DNA of 64,000 nucleotides from Eledone cirrhosa (Eukaryota): NCBI GenBank assembly GCA_964016885.1, contig OZ024742.1, positions 14,756,001 to 14,820,000 of the forward strand, read 5' to 3'. Shown piece by piece: positions 41,093 to 53,640 of this stretch (position 1 is its first letter; each line of letters starts with the position of its first letter). The notes under the pieces were generated by a model. It saw only the letters and a program-made list of their open reading frames with translations, ran no database searches and was not told where the DNA came from. The position numbers and the translations under genes were made by a program.

Positions 41093-42462
41093 CATATAAG
41101 GAGAGAAAATAAGGAGAGAACCAGAACTGAATACCTCAGAAGAGTAAAGAAAATATGGTCATCAGAACTGTCAGCGTACAACAAATACATTGTCCACAAT
41201 ACTTATGCTGTGCCAATTCTAACGCCAACATTTGGCCTGCTGAACTGGTCATTGCAAGAACTAAGTGAGATGGATGTTAGAACTCGCAAACTTCTCAGTG
41301 TTACTGGGAACTTTAACATCAATGGTGATGTGGATAGGCTATACTTCTCACGCAAGGAAGGTGGCTGGGGTCTAAAATCCATATTAACATCATATGAGAC
41401 CCGGATAGTAACACTGAAGCAACATCTTCAACAGAGGAAAAAGGTTGGCAACCATCTTGCCCAGGTTCATATCCATGAAAAAAAATATATCATTAGAATA
41501 GCCACTGATCTGGAGGAGAGATATGGAATAAAGCCTGATATAAATCTCTCACCCAGAGAAATCGGAAGATCCTATTCAATGTTCAAACAAGATGAAAAAA
41601 TTGACCAATTTACAGAAAAAGTTGTGCATGGATACTTGAGACGTAAAACACAGACCATAGAGGGGATAAACCACTCAAAAAGCCTGGCATGGAGTTCCGA
41701 CAAGTTTATGACATCACACCTTGAGGGATATCTCTATGCAATACAGGAACAAGAACTCCCTACCAAATATCTGCTGCACAAAAGAGGAGGGCCATCAGCT
41801 GACAATAAATGTAGGCTATGTAAAACAAAGATTGAGGATGTAAGCCACATTGTTGCCAGCTGCGAAAGAATGTCATCTCGCTACTACCTCCCATGAGACA
41901 CGATGGGATAGCTAGAACCATCTGGAACGCACTTCGGAAAACAAAATTAACAACAAACGAGGAAGAATATATTGAGACAGATGGCACTAAGGAATACTGG
42001 TGGAACCTGAAAATAAAAACTGCCGCCAAATTAAAGCACAACCGGCCTGATATTGTTGTTTGGGACCACACATTGAAAACGTGTTCTGTTGTGGAGATCA
42101 GCTGCCCACTTGATGTAAACGTTGTCAGAAAAATACAGGAGAAGGAGGACATCTACGGACCATTGATGAGGAGTTTACAAATCCAGTATCCAAGATACAC
42201 CTTTAGCTTCATACCCATCATTATTGGAGCTACGGGTTATATACCAACCCGCTTGGACCAAAGTATGACTGAACTTGGATTTGCGGACAAAGAGTGCAGC
42301 TCCCTAATTCATAGTCTACAAATGGCTGCGATAGCTGGCACCTTCAAAATTTGCAAAACATTCTTGCGATTCAAGGGATGACAATTTCTTTTCTTTTACA
42401 ACCTTGCCACCAGGAAGGTGGCCGGTCAAAAAAATATACTCGAAATTAAGAGAAAGAGATAA
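41093..42462 (+). mobile_element. 5'-truncated RLE retrotransposon, family B (R4-like), with (CATA)n tail
   Basis: ORFs 41210-41896 and 41893-42381 (one frameshift): CRLCKTKIEDVSHIVASC, RHD, RPDIVVWD...VEISCPLD...EKEDIY. Confidence 0.9.
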
Positions 42463-42814
42463 CATACATACATATATACATACATACATATACATTCAAA
42501 CATACATATATATATATACATACATACATTCATACATATATATACATACATATACATTCATACATACATTCATACATACATACTGCATATATACATGTAC
42601 AGATACAAAGCATATACAACTCAAAACATCCACATCCACACATACAATAACATCCATATCTACACATGCATGCATACATACATACCTACCTAGTTGATGT
42701 TGTGTGAATTCCAATGAGAGAGTCTTGTGTCTATGTTAGAAACCGACTCTCTCTCTCTATTGGGAAAAGAAATTTGTGAAATTATAAAACCAGAAGAACA
42801 TACATGCATACATA

Positions 42815-45780
42815 AAATAGAAAAAAAGATTGCTGACCTACGAAAAACCATAGGATATGTGACAATGCTTCTTACATGCAAACAAACACACAAAAAACCT
42901 CACTCCTCACCAACAAAGAATGAAAAATAAAATAGAGACGATGTTTGGTAACAGTAGAACCAGAACTCTTCAATACAAGCTGATCACCCTCAAACGAGAA
43001 TTGAGAGCTGTTAACGAAAAACGTCGATACCTGAAGAAGCTAGATGAGAGAAAAGTGCTTAATAAAAGATTCAGACGAAACCAAACATAAGTCTATAGAA
43101 ATATGAAGAAGAAAATAATAAGTGTCACTGCGGCCCCATCCCAGAAAGACATAGATCCCTTTTGGAGAAAAATATGAGGTGAAAAGAAGAATTTCAACCA
43201 AGATGCAGTGTGGCTAAAAGAAATCCAAAAGAACTATTGCTCCTACACTACAACAAAAACATACGAAATAAGTGATAGGAAAACTCCAAGATAAGAAAAC
43301 ACCAGGAAGAGACATGATTGTCGGCTACTGGTAAAAAAAACTGATATTCTATCGGGGGTATCTTACTGACCTCTACCAACAAGTTCTTAAGGGAGATACA
43401 CTTATATCAGAATGGTTGACATTAGCACAAACGTTACTGGTCCCCAAGAACAAAGACACCCACCTGACAAAAAACTACCGATCCATTGCATGCCAGAACC
43501 TGATGTATAAGATGTATACAGCCTGCCTGAACCTATTCCTCCAAGATCACTGTAAAAATAATAACTTCATCACAGATGAACAAGCAGCTGGAAAGAAAGG
43601 GGTTTGGAGATGTGCTGAACAACTCGTAATCGACAAAACTGTGATGTCGGAGGTGTGACAACTTAGGAGGAATATGGCTAGTCTGGCTGGACTACAGGAA
43701 AGCTTTCGATTCTGTTCCCCACTCTTGGAAGATAGAGGCCCTCCGACTTGCTAAAGTCCCAGACATTATTATCAGAGCCATAACGAAGCTGTCTTCTTCT
43801 TGAGCTACTATCCTAAAGATAGGAGGACTCTATTTTCACTGATAAAATAAAATATCGCAGGGGTATATTTCAGGGAGAGAGTTTCTCTGTGATATTGTTC
43901 ATCTTGTCATTAAACCCCTTGTCCTTTATGCTCAAGAAATGTGAAGGACACATCATTGGCTCACAGGAGGACAGAAATACGAACCTAACCCATAATTTCT
44001 TTGTGGATGATCTGAAACTCTATGCCAAGAACATGGATGGGATGAAGAAAAATCTTGACCTGGTTACAACGTTCTCATAGGATATAGGAATGGAGTTTGG
44101 CCAAGATAAATGCTCATATATGACTGTAAAGCGGGGGAAAACAACAACCCAATCTAGCAACATTGTCATTAATGGCCTAACTGTTTCACCGATATCTGAT
44201 GAGGACTGCTACAGATACCTGGGGATAGATGAGAACATATCCTATAATGGTATCTGTAATAAAGAACGCGTAACTAGGGAATACTACACCCGATTAAGAA
44301 AGATTTGGTCATCGCAACTCTCTGCGCAAAACAAAACAGTGGCTCACAATGTGTTTGCTGTGTCTGTCCTAATACCAACGTTTGGAATACTCAATTAGAC
44401 GATAGACGAAATCCAAGCGATTGATGCTAGAACTCGAAAAATACTAAACAACACCGGAAACACCGGAAACCACATCAACAGTGACATAAACCGCCTTTAC
44501 TTGAAACTTAAGCAGGGAGGCAGGGGCCTAACATCAGTCCAGACAGCATTTGAATGTCGCATCATATCCCTCCAACAACATCTACGAACCTCGAAGCGTA
44601 GGAGCCCGTCTCTCGAGCAAGACTATCTGCATGAAACAGATACGATCATGAGAGTTGGGAAGGAATTCCTCGAGAGATATTCCCTGTGTGATAATCAAAA
44701 ACTCACACCCAGGGAAGTCATTCAGCATTATCGCAGTGAATCCATGGATGAAAGACTGCATGCTTATCAGAAAAAATCATGCATGGATATGTTGCCAGGA
44801 AGCTCCAGAGTGAGAGTAATATAGATAAGGAAAGTAGTCTATCTTGGACCAACAACCGATATATTGGCTCCCACTTTGAAAAATACGCTTTTGCAATCCA
44901 GGAACAAAATACCTGATTCACAAAAGAGATAGGGATGCAGGCAAAACACCTAGATGTGATAACAAGTACAGACTCTGCAGAACTAACATCGAAGATATCA
45001 CAGCAGCTGTCCAAAGATGTCATCGCGGTACTATCAACCTATGAGGCATGATGTAGTATCCAAAACACTGTACAATGCAATCCGTAAAAAAAAGGATAGC
45101 CCCGATAATAAACACATTAAAAGCTACAGCAATGTGGAAGACATCCATGTACATAATATGAAAGAGTACTGGTGGAATGTTCCAGTAAAAACCCCAATAA
45201 AATGCAGGAATAATAGACCAGATATTATGATATGGGACAGGGAGAAGAAAGCATGCACAGTAGTGGAAATTAGCTGCCCAGCAGATGCCAATATAATATT
45301 AAAGATTAGCGAAAAGGAGAATATTTATGCAGAACTGATGAGAAATCTCCAGATACTCCACCCTGATTACACCTTCACATTTATGCCTGTGATTATTGGG
45401 GCACTGGGGTATATTAGTAACTGCCTCAATACAAATCTTGAGAAGCTAGGCTTCACAGGAACAGAAAGAACACAACTAGTTAGGAAATTGCAAGTACAAT
45501 CCATTAATGGAACAGTAAAAATATGTAAAACATTCCAAAAATGTTGCATCTAATAACTGCATATATACATGTACAGATTCAAAGCATATACACATACACA
45601 CATACAACTCAAAACATACACATCCACACATACAATAACATCCATATCTACACATGCATGCATACATAATCTACCAAGTTGATGTTGTGTAAATTCCAAT
45701 GAGAGAGTCTTGTGTCTATGTTAGAAACCGACTCTCTCGCTATTGGGAAACATTTGTGAAATTATCAAACCAGAAGAACA
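42815..45780 (+). mobile_element. Degenerate RLE retrotransposon, family C, with extra 3'-end copies at 42581-42800 and 45791-46085
   Basis: NYRSIAC, LDYRKAFDSVPH, IFQG, FVDDLK, YRYLG, RHD, RPDIMIWD...VEISCPAD; the same 3'UTR ending AAACCAGAAGAA(CATA)n occurs three times. Confidence 0.88.
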
Positions 45781-46101
45781 TACATACATTCAGGAAATTG
45801 CAAGTACAATTCATTAATGGAACAACATTCCAAAAATTCTGCATCTAATAACTGCATATACACATGTACAGATGCAAAGTAAATGCACATGCACACATGT
45901 AACTCAAAACATCCACATCCACACGTACAACAATATCCATACCTCCACATACATGCATGCAGACATGCAGACACATCTACCAAATTGATGTTGATTAAAT
46001 TCCAATGAGAGAGTCTTTTAACTACGTTAGAAACCAACTCTCTCTCTATTGGTAAAAATTTATAAAATTATAAAACCAGAAGAACATACATACATACATA
46101 A

Positions 46102-46167
<66 letters not shown>

Positions 46168-46899
46168 TACGAATAGCTGCAATATATCTGGCACCTTGAA
46201 ATTTTGCAAAACATTCTTGTGATTTGAGGGATGACAATTTCTTTTCTTTTACAACCTTGTCACCAGGAAGGTGGCTGGTCAAAAATGTACTCAAAAATAA
46301 GAGTAAGAGAACATACATATACATGTATATGTTTTCTCTTTCTCTTAATTTCGAGTATATTTTTTTGACCGGCCACCTTCCTGGTGGCAAGGTTGTAAAA
46401 GAAAAGAAATTGTCATCCCTTGAATCGCAAGAATAATTGCGATTTGGTCGAAGGAGACTTGTACTTTTTGCCATGATGAGTTCGTCTATTCACTAATATT
46501 TTGTATTTATTTTTTTTAAATAGTCGATGATCTTCTTTAAAAGTTACGACAAAGTTCTGTCAGAATCAAATTTAAAGTTATTCACAGCTTGGGTAATATT
46601 TCTTTTCAGTTAGTTTTTAATTCTACAACTGTGTTTTAAACGTTGTTCTTGAATCGTGTTTTGCATATTTTGTTGAATCGAGAACAAAAAGAACCGTACA
46701 ACGGTTGTACAGTTCAAACACTTATGTAGAATTATTGTATGTAATCTTACCGCGTAATGTAGCTCAACTTTTTCCAATATATGGTATGTTGCCTTCATGT
46801 AAGCCGTAATTACACACGTCCAATTATCGGACACTGACCACAACGGTCGCCATTGTATGTATACATGTATACGTGTATGTATGTATGTATGTATGTATG

Positions 46900-47425
46900 T
46901 TTTCTCTTTCTCTTAATTTCGAGTATATTTTTTTGACCGGCCACCTTCCTGGTGGCAAGGTTGTAAAAGAAAAGAAATTGTCATCCCTTGAATCGCAAGA
47001 ATGTTTTGCAAATGTTGAAGGTGCCAGCTATTGCTGCCATTTGTAGACTATGAATTAGGGAGCTGCGCTTTTTGTCCGCAAATCCAAGTTCAGTCATACT
47101 TTGGTCCAAGCGGGTTGGTATATAACCCGTAGCTCCAATAATGATGGGTATGAAGCTAAAGGTGTATCTTGGATACTGGATTTGTAAGCTCCTCATCAAT
47201 GGTCCGTAGATGTCCTCCTTCTCCTGCATTTTTCTGACAACGTTTACATCAAGTGGGCAGCTGATCTCCACAACAGAACACGTTTTCAATGTGTGGTCCC
47301 AAACAACAATATCAGGCCGGTTGTGCTTTAATTTGGTGGCAGTTTTTATTTTCAGGTTCCACCAGTATTCCTTAGTGCCATCTGTCTCAATATATTCTTC
47401 CTCGTTTGTTGTTAATTTTGTTTTT
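46900..47425 (-). mobile_element. 3' fragment of RLE family B; further 3' ends at 46170-46312 (+) and 46332-46432 (-)
   Basis: ORF 46981-47289 is near-identical to 41893-42381; (TATG)n on both sides. Confidence 0.88.
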
Positions 47426-48123
47426 TTTGTTTGTATGTATGTATGTATGTATGTATGTATGTATGTATGTATGTATGTATGTATGTATGTATGTATGTAT
47501 GTATGTATGTATGTATGCCAGGTCGCTCTTCAGTACAACCTGTGCATAGTTGGTTAGTGTTTGACTAAACGGGCAACCCCACCAAGCTTGCTTGGTGAGG
47601 AGGGTGATTTTGGACACCCTGTGGGATGAAAAACAAAACCCGTCAAAGGGAGAGTCAACGGCCATCCAATGAATTTTCTTTTTTATTGTGAAGTGAGAGA
47701 CCCCTAGTCTTCATTAACACATCTCTAGGAGAAGGTGACTCTCATATAAAACCTGTGATTTTGTTAGCATCCAATGATGTAGACCAGTTGTTCTTTTTGG
47801 GTAAATGCATTTGATGATCAGAGAGGGGTATTGGCACTTGCAAAGCCTTTACTTACTTAAAAAAGCTTCAAGCACAGGCATCCCTTGATATATAACATTT
47901 TTTGCGATGCATTGTATTGCTGGCCATAGGTAAGAATGTAGTAGGACTAAAAGGCCACGTCTGTGATGCTCATGCTTAAGTATCAAGCGATGGCATTAAT
48001 CAAAATTGCGTTGCAGCCGTCATGTATGCGTGTATGTATACATGTGTTTATATATGTCTATGTATGTATGTTTTTAAAAAGATTTCAATGACAATGAGGG
48101 ATTTGTCCCATATAAATACTTAC

Positions 48124-48299
48124 AAACAGAATTCATTTGCAGCAAGGTTGTGGGGTATACACTTGCAGCTATACCACTTTGTAATACAAGCCGTATTGTT
48201 AAGACATTTATGTTTGTTGAGTGAACATCTTTTCTCTGGTACTGAGCCAAGTTCCACTGAGCCAGCCAACAACAACATTGACAATAAAATATACCACAT
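48124..48299 (-). CDS. Cys-rich secreted peptide gene B, first coding exon (exon 48322-48124)
   Basis: Reverse complement reads MWYILLSMLLLAGSVELGSVPEKR-CSLNKHKCLNNTACITKWYSCKCIPHNLAANEFC, then TT|GTAAGT donor at 48123. The unspliced ORF is 59 aa (TAA ends at 48120), so the ORF track misses it. Confidence 0.85.
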
Positions 48300-48839
48300 G
48301 ATTACTTTTTTGATGGTTGTATCTAAACAGAAATAAAAACATTATCAATAAAGATTAAGGGAAACAATATAAATATATGTGTCCCAACAAAAATGACCAT
48401 AATAATAGTTAATCATTATAAATGAATAGTGGAGGCACATAGCCTTGTGGTAAGGGTGTTGGACTTACAATTATAATGTTGTGGGTTCAATTCCTGGGTT
48501 GTGTGTTGTGTTCTTGAGTAAAACACTTCATTTCACGTAGCTCCAGTACACTCAGCTGAAAATGAGTACTGGGAGTTTAACCCTGTGATGGTCTAGTATC
48601 CTGTCCAGGGGAATGTTGTACTCTCAGTTGCTTCATGTCACAGAAACTGGGATAAGTACCGGCCTGATGAGTCTCCAGTCTCGAGATGGACTATAATAGT
48701 TTAGAATATTGGGTAAAGTGACCTTCATGTGACATTTGTTTCCTTGGAGGTGACACTGTCCTTTTTTTATCCTCTCTAGCGGTACTTTACCTGATATTCT
48801 CAACTATTATATATAGTAAGTAACTATTATGTAAATATG

Positions 48840-48926
<87 letters not shown>

Positions 48927-49091
48927 ATACTTGGGGAGGGTCATATTGTTGTAATAATATTGCCAGAAATAATAACAGAACACACTCACTGTGCTTCTGT
49001 ATCTTTTATATCTCCATAGTTAATTTATTTGGCAATCAATGTTTATCATTGATTGACCAACGGTTAAAAATACAGATATAAATATATATAT

Positions 49092-49145
49092 ATAGTCTAT
49101 CAAAGTTCTTTCGTTGCACATCTGCAACATCATCAGTGGTACTAT
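49092..49145 (-). ncRNA. Degenerate hammerhead ribozyme motif
   Basis: Reverse complement: CTGATGA T GTTGCA gatg TGCAAC GAAA; perfect 6-bp stem II; stems I and III imperfect. Confidence 0.45.
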
Positions 49146-49863
49146 TATTATGTTCCCTCCTATTGTATTGTATTGTAATGTCTAATGTCTATCGATTTAA
49201 ATTATATAGTTTATATAAAAGAACTATACAAATGCTAATATCTAAATAAGTTAGGTTTAATAATATCATATTTACTACATTTATAAGCACCATTTTTAGT
49301 TAATAATATTTTTAATTTTGATCTTTCTAACTAAATTATTGATTATATTTATTAATTTAAATATACTCCAGATTACCCTTGAAATTATGTTATATCATCT
49401 TTTTCACATTATATTGTTTTAATTTTGATATAATATAATAGTATAATTTCTTTCAAATATTATAGACTAAAAATTTCACGGTATTTAATTGTTTATTTCT
49501 ACCTAACTTAAAATTTGAAAAAAAAACGGTCACGCATCATATACCTTTATTCTTCTTTTCCTTATGTAATTATATTATACCATATATCTCCCTTTCATTG
49601 TTTTTAGTATCATCTCTCTATCTTTTTCTTTCTCTCCTCTATTTAGCTCTCTCTCTCTCTCTCTTTCTCTCATTTGCTTCTTCTCTAATACGGATGTTTA
49701 CATATTTAATTATTTGAATTTTTAACAGTTATGTACTTATATGTTTATTTATTTTACTTGTTTTTATATATACTTATTGTATTAATTTATACATGTTTTC
49801 CTACGTACCCTCTCAATTATATGTAGTTTGTCATGTTACTACTTATGGTATATAAAAGCTATT

Positions 49864-51441
49864 GGTAGAGGTATGTAGTGGTATGTGATGGTATGTAGTG
49901 GTATGTGATGTTATGTAGTGGTATGTAGAGGTATGTAGTGGTATGTAGTGGTATGTGATGGTATGTAGTGGTATGTGATGGTATGTAGTGGTATGTAGTG
50001 GTATGTAGTGGTATCTAGTGGTATCTAGTGGTATGTAGTGGTATGTAGTGGTATGTGATGGTATGTAGTGGTATGTAGTGGTATGTGATGTTACGTTGTG
50101 GTATGTAGTGGTATGTGATGGTATATGATGGTATGTAGTGATATGTAGTGGTATATGATGCTATGTAGTGGTATGTGATGGTATGTAGTAGTATGTGATG
50201 GTATGTAGTGGTATGTGATGGTATGTAGTGGTATGTAGTAGTATGTAGTGGTATGTGATGGTATGTAATGGTACTGATAGTATGTAGTGGTATGTAGTGG
50301 TATGTGATGGTATGTAGTGGTATGTAGTGGTACGCAATTGTATGTAGTGGTATGTGACAGTATGTGATAGTATGTGATGGTATGTAGTGGTATCTGATGG
50401 TATGTGATGGTATGTAGTGGTATGTAGTAGTATGTGATGGTATGTAGTGGTATGTAGTGGTATGTAGTAGTATGTGATGGTATGTAGTGGTATGTGATGG
50501 TATGTAGTGATATGTGGTGGTATGTAGTGGTATGTGATGGTATGTAGTGGTATGTGATGGTATGTAGTGGTATGTGATGGTATGTAGTGGTATGTGATGG
50601 TATGTAGTGGTATGTGATGGTATGTAGTGGTACTGATTGTATGTAGTGGTATGTAGTGGTACTGATTGTATGTAGTGGTATGTAGTGGTATGTAGTGGTA
50701 TGTTATGGTATGTAGTGGTATGTGGTGGTATGTAGTGGTATGTAGTGGTATGTAGTGGTATGTGATGGTATGTAGTGGTATGTAATGGTATGTAGTGGTA
50801 TCTGATGGTATGTGATGGTATGTAGTGGTATGTGATAGTATGTGATGGTATGTAGTGGTATGTGATGGTATGTAGTGGTATGTGATAGTATGTGATGGTA
50901 TGTAGTGGTATGTGATGGTATGGGATGGTATGTGATGGTATGTAGTGGTATGTGATGGTATGTAGTGGTATGTAGAGGTATGGGATGGTATGTAGTGGTA
51001 TGTGATAGTATGTAGTGGTATGTGATAGTATGTAGTGGTATGTGATGGTATGTGATGGTATGTAGTGGTATGTGATGGTATGTAGCGGTATGTGATGGTA
51101 TGTAGCGGTATGTGATGGTATGTAGCGGTATGTGATAGTATGTAGAGGTATGTAATGGTATGTAGTGGTATGTGATGGTATGTGATGGTATGTAGTGGTA
51201 TGTGATGGTATGTAGTGGTATGTGATGGTATGTAGTGGTATGTGATGGTATGTAGTGGTATGTGATGTTATGTAGTGGTATGTGATGTTATGTAGTGGTA
51301 TGTAGAGGTATGTAGTGGTATGTAGTGGTATGTGATGGTATGTAGTGGTATCTAGTGGTATGTAGTGGTATGTAGAGGTATGTAGTAGTATGAGATGGTA
51401 TGTAGTTGTATGTGATGGTTTGAAGTAGTATGAAGTGGTAT
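49864..51441. repeat. 10-bp minisatellite (GGTATGTAGT / GGTATGTGAT), ~1.6 kb
   Basis: Direct reading. Confidence 0.97.
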
Positions 51442-52436
51442 TATGACAGTCATAATTTCATTTATAACCAATCAAATTACATTTATTAAAAAAAACCTTT
51501 TGAGCCACTTTTTTAAGTAAAAAGAAACTCAAACACAAACTGGCGTGAAAGTTGATGTGCTTATTCACGTGACTGCATCAACCAACCAAATTTCACTCAT
51601 ATATGGAAAAACAATCTGAGCCCCCCGCCCCCTCTTTTAAAGGCAAATATAATAAGAACTTTGTAACGCGAACTGGCGCGAAATTTATTATACTTATTCA
51701 CGTGACAGTCTTCAACCAACCAAATCACTTTTTTAAAAACCTAGTATTTCGAGCCACTTTTTTCCATATAAAACATCCGAATACCAGCCAGATGCAAGAA
51801 AAACCACAAACCCTCCATCTCAATTCTACTTTTGAAAAGCACAAGAACTGCGAAACCGCTAAAGGAACCAAATAAATATTCTTAAAAAGTCTCCAGTTGC
51901 ATTTTCGATTTCATCTTTTTTCCTTATATATATCACTGGACCGAGATCTTTGGCGCTACGCAGTAATACAGAAGACTCGCCTTGCCTATATACAAAGCGA
52001 AACCTACAGTCAGTAGGCACCTTTTAACCAAATATACACCTCAATCCACTACCCCTACCCTATTCTCCCACTCCCACCAACACCACCCTCTCTCTGTAAA
52101 GTTGGTACCACAATATCCAGTCCAAATAAATGAGATAATGAGATCGAGATCGTGTAGGTGTCACGAGAAAAAAACACACGCAGTCCACGCTCTAATGTGG
52201 CCGTGTAGGTAACACGGTAAAAAGTTCCCAGTTACACACTGTAAATGTGGTTGGTGTTAGGAAGGGCATCCAGCCGTAGAAAACCTGTCAGATAGCCCTA
52301 TATGAGCGAGACACGGACACCCGACCAACTTTGCCTCAAGTGGGACAACTCCCGTCTAACCCATGCTAAACAAAAGTTTTCGAAGATCCCGTTAAGGATG
52401 AAAGCAACAATTCTTTGCTTAAACTTTAATCTGTTA

Positions 52437-52475
<39 letters not shown>

Positions 52476-52666
52476 ATAATAATAAATTTGAAGACTAAAA
52501 TCCAAAGAGGGCTCGATAAGGATAAATATATATCAAATATATAAGAACCGTAGAGCAAAAATTTATTAAAATAACAGATTAAAGTTTAAGCAAAGAATGA
52601 GTTTCAGAAGATCCCGTTAAGGGTGAAAGCACCGATTCTTTGCTTAAACTTTAATCTGTTATTTTA

Positions 52667-52758
<92 letters not shown>

Positions 52759-53640
52759 CACAACAGTCCACACTGTAAGGTAGGAGACACGGTGAAAAGG
52801 CTCCCAGTCTACGCTGTAAATGTGGTTGGTGTTAAAAAGGGCATCCAGCTGTAAAATCAACCTGCCAGAGACGCTTCCGTACGAGCGAGACATGGTCTCC
52901 CGACCATTCCTGCATCAAATGGAACAAAACCATCTAACCCATGCTAGCGTGGAAGATGGATGTTAAACGATGATGATGATGATGATGACAAAGTCTCTCG
53001 ATAATTCCTGAGTTTCTGATTGTACCTGGTAACTGCTCTCTACTGAGGTGTGTAGTTAATATGAAGCATCGGCAGATATGTTGTAAAAGACCAATAATTT
53101 GTTTTAAAAGCCGGTACATTGTGGGAGAAATATATAAATGGCAAATGACAAATAAAACAAAACAAATGTTTTACATATTGCAGAGCTGTTATCTTTTACA
53201 CATACATATAAGCATGTATATACACATGTATGTATATATACATGTATGTATATATGCATGTATGTATATATGCATGTATGTATATATGCATGTATGTATG
53301 TATATATGCATGTATGTATGTATATATGCATGGTTGACTACCAGGCTGCTGTTGGTGATGCTACTCATCATGCCTGCCAAGCATGTGGAAGAGGTGTAAA
53401 TCAGCAGGAGGGCTCACACGACATGCAAAAGTACATGAACTCCAACCACAGCCGGCAACTGCCAGTGAATGTTTTGGTTGCCAACTCTGTGCAAGACATT
53501 TTAGATCATTGGCTGGGCTGAAAAGCCACATTCGATTGCAGCACTGTTAATTGTTATTGTGTGTGTGTGTGTATGTGTATATGTATATATAGATATGTGT
53601 ATGTGTGTGTGTGTATATATATATATATTTTATTATTATT

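Noticed and set aside
48430-48500. tRNA gene
   Set aside because: A and B boxes are present but there is no cloverleaf, and it continues into a SINE body repeated several times in the window.
48664-48690. CTGATGA plus hairpin as a hammerhead
   Set aside because: No GAAA after the stem; it is part of the SINE 3' region.
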